In this document: positions 63,601-64,000 of the stretch, one piece after another | Layout of the letters: every line of letters starts with the position of its first letter | Position numbering within the stretch: position 1 is the first letter of the stretch | Assembly (NCBI GenBank): GCA_965655095.1 | Contig: OZ296653.1 | Span: forward strand, 96,100,001-96,164,000 | Origin: Haplodiscus bocki | Lineage: Eukaryota | Length of the DNA stretch: 64,000 nucleotides | Direction: 5' to 3' | Position numbers and translations under genes: made by a program | Notes under the pieces: generated by a model | Databases searched by the model: none | Told to the model about the DNA's origin: nothing | The model's input: the letters and a program-made list of their open reading frames with translations, nothing else

Positions 63601-64000
63601 ATTTTTTGAAATTTTTTATTGATTTCAAATTATTTTTGTGGGTAAATTTTTTTTCCATGCAAATCAACCTTTAGCTACGGATATACCTGGATTCCATACA
63701 AAAGGTCAATTTTTTTTGTGTTTCTGGTTTTTGCTTTGAAGAATATTGTTATTTGGTGCCCTTAGTTAATTTGAAATTCACTTACTTGCAGTTTTATCCC
63801 GATTATTGCACTTTTGAAGTCCAAATAAGCTTTGTTACTACTAATCTATATCGAACCATTACAAAAATAATTTTATGCCTAATTTATCGGACATCTCTAA
63901 AGTTCTTGAAAATGAGGTTTTGATTGATTTAAAGTCGACAAAAATTAGGCAATATTGCGTTTTTTGGGGTGTTTTTGTCTTTTTGTCATTCAAAACAAGT
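24491..64000 (+). CDS. TRRAP: TRRAP/Tra1 (transformation/transcription domain-associated protein), spliced gene, 5' part; 3' part lies beyond the window
   Basis: Spliced exons give segments closely matching metazoan TRRAP as I recall it: ENVLFCLRIIIEHHK, SLKVLAELP, AQVKTLSF, LYLKLFKLVFGSVSL, LRALFRSIGGGSHDLLYQEFLPLL, LTVPVRLSSLLPYLP, GLRTLELFVDNLQPDFLYDHIQPVRAELMQALW, FAWPCLLPKACVDP, HWTKKIMIEEGH. Splice phases are consistent across exons 2-19. No FAT or PI3K-like domain is seen in the window. Confidence 0.97.
25300..25780 (-). mobile_element. Possible Maverick/Polinton adenain-like cysteine protease remnant in TRRAP intron 1
   Basis: AFGTYTSSETP...PSHRPWI...QPIRTIWPHKI*...LCSILC resembles GVY..D.LP...PG.HW...Q...CG.YC; heavily degraded. 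Confidence 0.35.
26502..26660 (+). CDS. TRRAP: TRRAP exon 2 (…QIKSLQQIAESLE)
   Basis: Resembles the TRRAP N-terminal helix (KLKMMQEVSENFE). Donor gtaaaa at 26661. The 5' boundary is uncertain because the acceptor is weak. Confidence 0.7.
27083..27262 (+). repeat. B-box-containing (tRNA-derived SINE-like) repeat, copy A, intron 2
   Basis: gggttcgaatccc at 27121; homologous to the inverted copy at 31739-31920. Confidence 0.75.
27406..27621 (+). CDS. TRRAP: TRRAP exon 3
   Basis: tttcag|SIISSSLYGDF...QQIRKQMLEILYRLPANDTLK...FKLLE|gtaaat. Confidence 0.93.
28055..28348 (+). CDS. TRRAP: TRRAP exon 4 (ends at probable GC donor)
   Basis: tttcag|TDNEENVLFCLRIIIEHHKSYRP...IIPKAQMSLK|gcagga. Confidence 0.9.
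28474..28866. mobile_element. MITE with CAGTGCTGTCCCT terminal inverted repeats (hAT-like)
   Basis: 13-bp perfect TIR (28474-28486 / 28854-28866), further subterminal similarity, imperfect flanking duplication gggagaa/ggtagaa. Confidence 0.75.
29126..29256 (+). CDS. TRRAP: TRRAP exon 5
   Basis: taaag|VLAELPLITVLFYQLYKNQVH...PPKRN(A)|gtgagt, phase 2. Not in the ORF track. Confidence 0.92.
29336..29995 (+). CDS. TRRAP: TRRAP exon 6
   Basis: ttttag|...DELYVDFMTAQVKTLSFVAY...YQLPLIMKK(C)|gttagt. Confidence 0.95.
31110..31308 (+). CDS. TRRAP: TRRAP exon 7 (low-complexity Q/S/E-rich)
   Basis: cattag|, phase 2 in and phase 0 out, |gttagt. Bridges the phases of exons 6 and 8. Confidence 0.8.
31739..31920 (-). 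repeat. B-box-containing (tRNA-derived SINE-like) repeat, copy B, intron 7
   Basis: Its reverse complement shares gggttcgaatccc, tttataccaaaaa..ataccaaagtacaa, aactccg and ggcggcgc with copy A. Confidence 0.75.
32036..32348 (+). CDS. TRRAP: TRRAP exon 8
   Basis: tttcag|SKSRV...SECRNLVRLLVMGAKTI...LLRY|gttgtt, phase 1. Confidence 0.88.
33073..33498. mobile_element. MITE with TAG(A/G)GATGCA termini (hAT-like)
   Basis: tagagatgca ... tgcatcccta; internal ccgg-rich motifs; degenerate 8-bp flanks gtgtaacc/ctgtagct. Confidence 0.6.
33597..33823 (+). CDS. TRRAP: TRRAP exon 9
   Basis: ttgcag|(A)LRALDIY...RMKEEKELLEWFA...MVQRIRE|gtttgt. Confidence 0.93.
34220..34915 (+). CDS. TRRAP: TRRAP exon 10
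   Basis: tttcag|NYALQIIINSFLA...QPVRAELMQ|gtttgt. The most conserved block. Confidence 0.97.
35236..35812 (+). CDS. TRRAP: TRRAP exon 11
   Basis: cttcag|ALWKTVRNP...RVLGKFGGANRNMLKEPQ...|gtaagt, phase 1. Confidence 0.95.
36455..36700 (+). repeat. ~101-bp period imperfect tandem repeat x3
   Basis: gtcca.aggaac.tttt recurs at ~36468, ~36571 and ~36673. Confidence 0.7.
37850..38600 (-). mobile_element. Possible decayed CR1/L2-like LINE RT C-terminal fragment
   Basis: ASQIWSQS-like motif across a frameshift; otherwise degraded. Confidence 0.3.
38784..39403 (+). CDS. TRRAP: TRRAP exon 12
   Basis: tttcag|(A)LRSSCD...CFYEKAWFVKLTGC...EITSPNKILREQ|gtaaaa. Confidence 0.9.
39829..40071 (+). CDS. 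TRRAP: TRRAP exon 13
   Basis: gtttag|MVRCLK...PPVKHRLRYLPFNTQIGLMFANAF...YLEE|gtatca. Confidence 0.92.
40827..41552 (+). CDS. TRRAP: TRRAP exon 14
   Basis: ttccag|LFYLCESDD...LREAALRNLAAC...LFPQSFNERFC...PMRPPLAKFL...|gttagt. Confidence 0.93.
41986..42674 (+). CDS. TRRAP: TRRAP exon 15
   Basis: tttcag|FMLGHPEGRP...WKEVQCLVTCLL...SKFVNSNQ(R)|gtaaaa, phase 2. Confidence 0.92.
43560..43732 (+). repeat. Two tandem tRNA-derived SINE-like heads
   Basis: B box ggttcgaatct at 43607; A box tggcacagtgg at 43679 with B-box-like ggtgcgaatcc at 43715. Confidence 0.55.
44010..44520 (+). repeat. Composite repeat with internal imperfect subrepeats (…tgtgagacaaaa…gaaactttcagaaa…)
   Basis: Recurring gagaca/gaaactttc motifs; a similar-looking block lies at ~59400-59580. 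Confidence 0.5.
50288..50357 (-). repeat. tRNA-like (GTT anticodon-like) pseudogene / SINE head
   Basis: The reverse complement GGCCACAACGGCACAGTCGGGTAGAGCATGTGACTGTTGCGCGAACGGTGACAGGTTCGAGC has an A box, a D-arm-like GGTAGAGCA and a B box; stems are degenerate. Confidence 0.55.
50530..50620 (+). repeat. tRNA-derived SINE-like head
   Basis: gtagcctctgtgtta (A-box-like), gggtttgaatccc (B-box-like), and tail tgtcggccatata shared with the 43607 copy. Confidence 0.5.
53255..53501 (+). CDS. TRRAP: TRRAP exon 16 (after ~10.6 kb intron)
   Basis: ttttag|(R)YPESVRIAILQLACL...FAWPCLLPKACVDPSTKYHGHLLL...KKIVLQ|gtaagt. Confidence 0.95.
53750..54150 (-). mobile_element. Decayed LINE AP-endonuclease fragment
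   Basis: PTTWWGRRPISTTDYIFGSSL...EEHKF resembles the APE C-terminal PT...S.lDy...DH pattern. Confidence 0.4.
57030..57298 (+). repeat. Dispersed ~250-bp repeat with 3' hairpin (copy 1)
   Basis: Similar to 60797-61034; ends in GCGAAGC-cca-GCTTCGC then ctgtgtgt. Confidence 0.75.
57796..58137 (+). CDS. TRRAP: TRRAP exon 17
   Basis: ttatag|VFYSLLKAHGQETR...RMEDGDAMLAHWTKKIMIEEGH...FIQWQ|gtatga. Confidence 0.95.
58516..58893 (+). CDS. TRRAP: TRRAP exon 18
   Basis: ttacag|ETSNREE...ETVINFLMRIA...RCISLLESA...WMDKLL...|gttagt. Confidence 0.9.
59976..60233 (+). CDS. TRRAP: TRRAP exon 19 (last exon seen in window)
   Basis: tttcag|PLHMTITNLRSLNRGL...QQANQQ|gttggc. Confidence 0.82.
60797..61034 (+). 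repeat. Dispersed ~250-bp repeat with 3' hairpin (copy 2)
   Basis: gctctcgcttt...aaagcgaattaac...gtgg.cccttca...gaagc.cagcttcgcct.tgtgt shared with copy 1; a more diverged 3' part lies at ~50860-50955. Confidence 0.75.

Overview
AT-rich eukaryotic (invertebrate-like) genomic DNA. From ~24.5 kb to the right edge, the + strand carries the N-terminal HEAT-repeat part of a TRRAP/Tra1 gene (PIKK pseudokinase scaffold of SAGA/NuA4-TIP60). I can place 18-19 coding exons with phase-consistent splice sites, and the gene continues beyond the window. One intron appears to use a GC donor, and 8 of 18 donors have T at +3. The left ~24 kb is a graveyard of decayed mobile elements. The largest is a minus-strand Helitron-like (rolling-circle) element with the apparent order SGNH hydrolase, OTU protease, HUH Rep, Pif1 helicase, GIY-YIG-like nuclease, followed by further unidentified decayed ORFs. 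There are also a BEL/Pao LTR-retrotransposon gag-pol remnant, a CRE-like non-LTR 3' fragment, and a possible Penelope-like remnant with a hammerhead-like motif. The TRRAP introns contain MITEs, tRNA-derived (A/B-box) repeats, a Maverick-like protease remnant and other decayed coding fragments. All domain assignments come from motifs recognised by eye; no searches were run.
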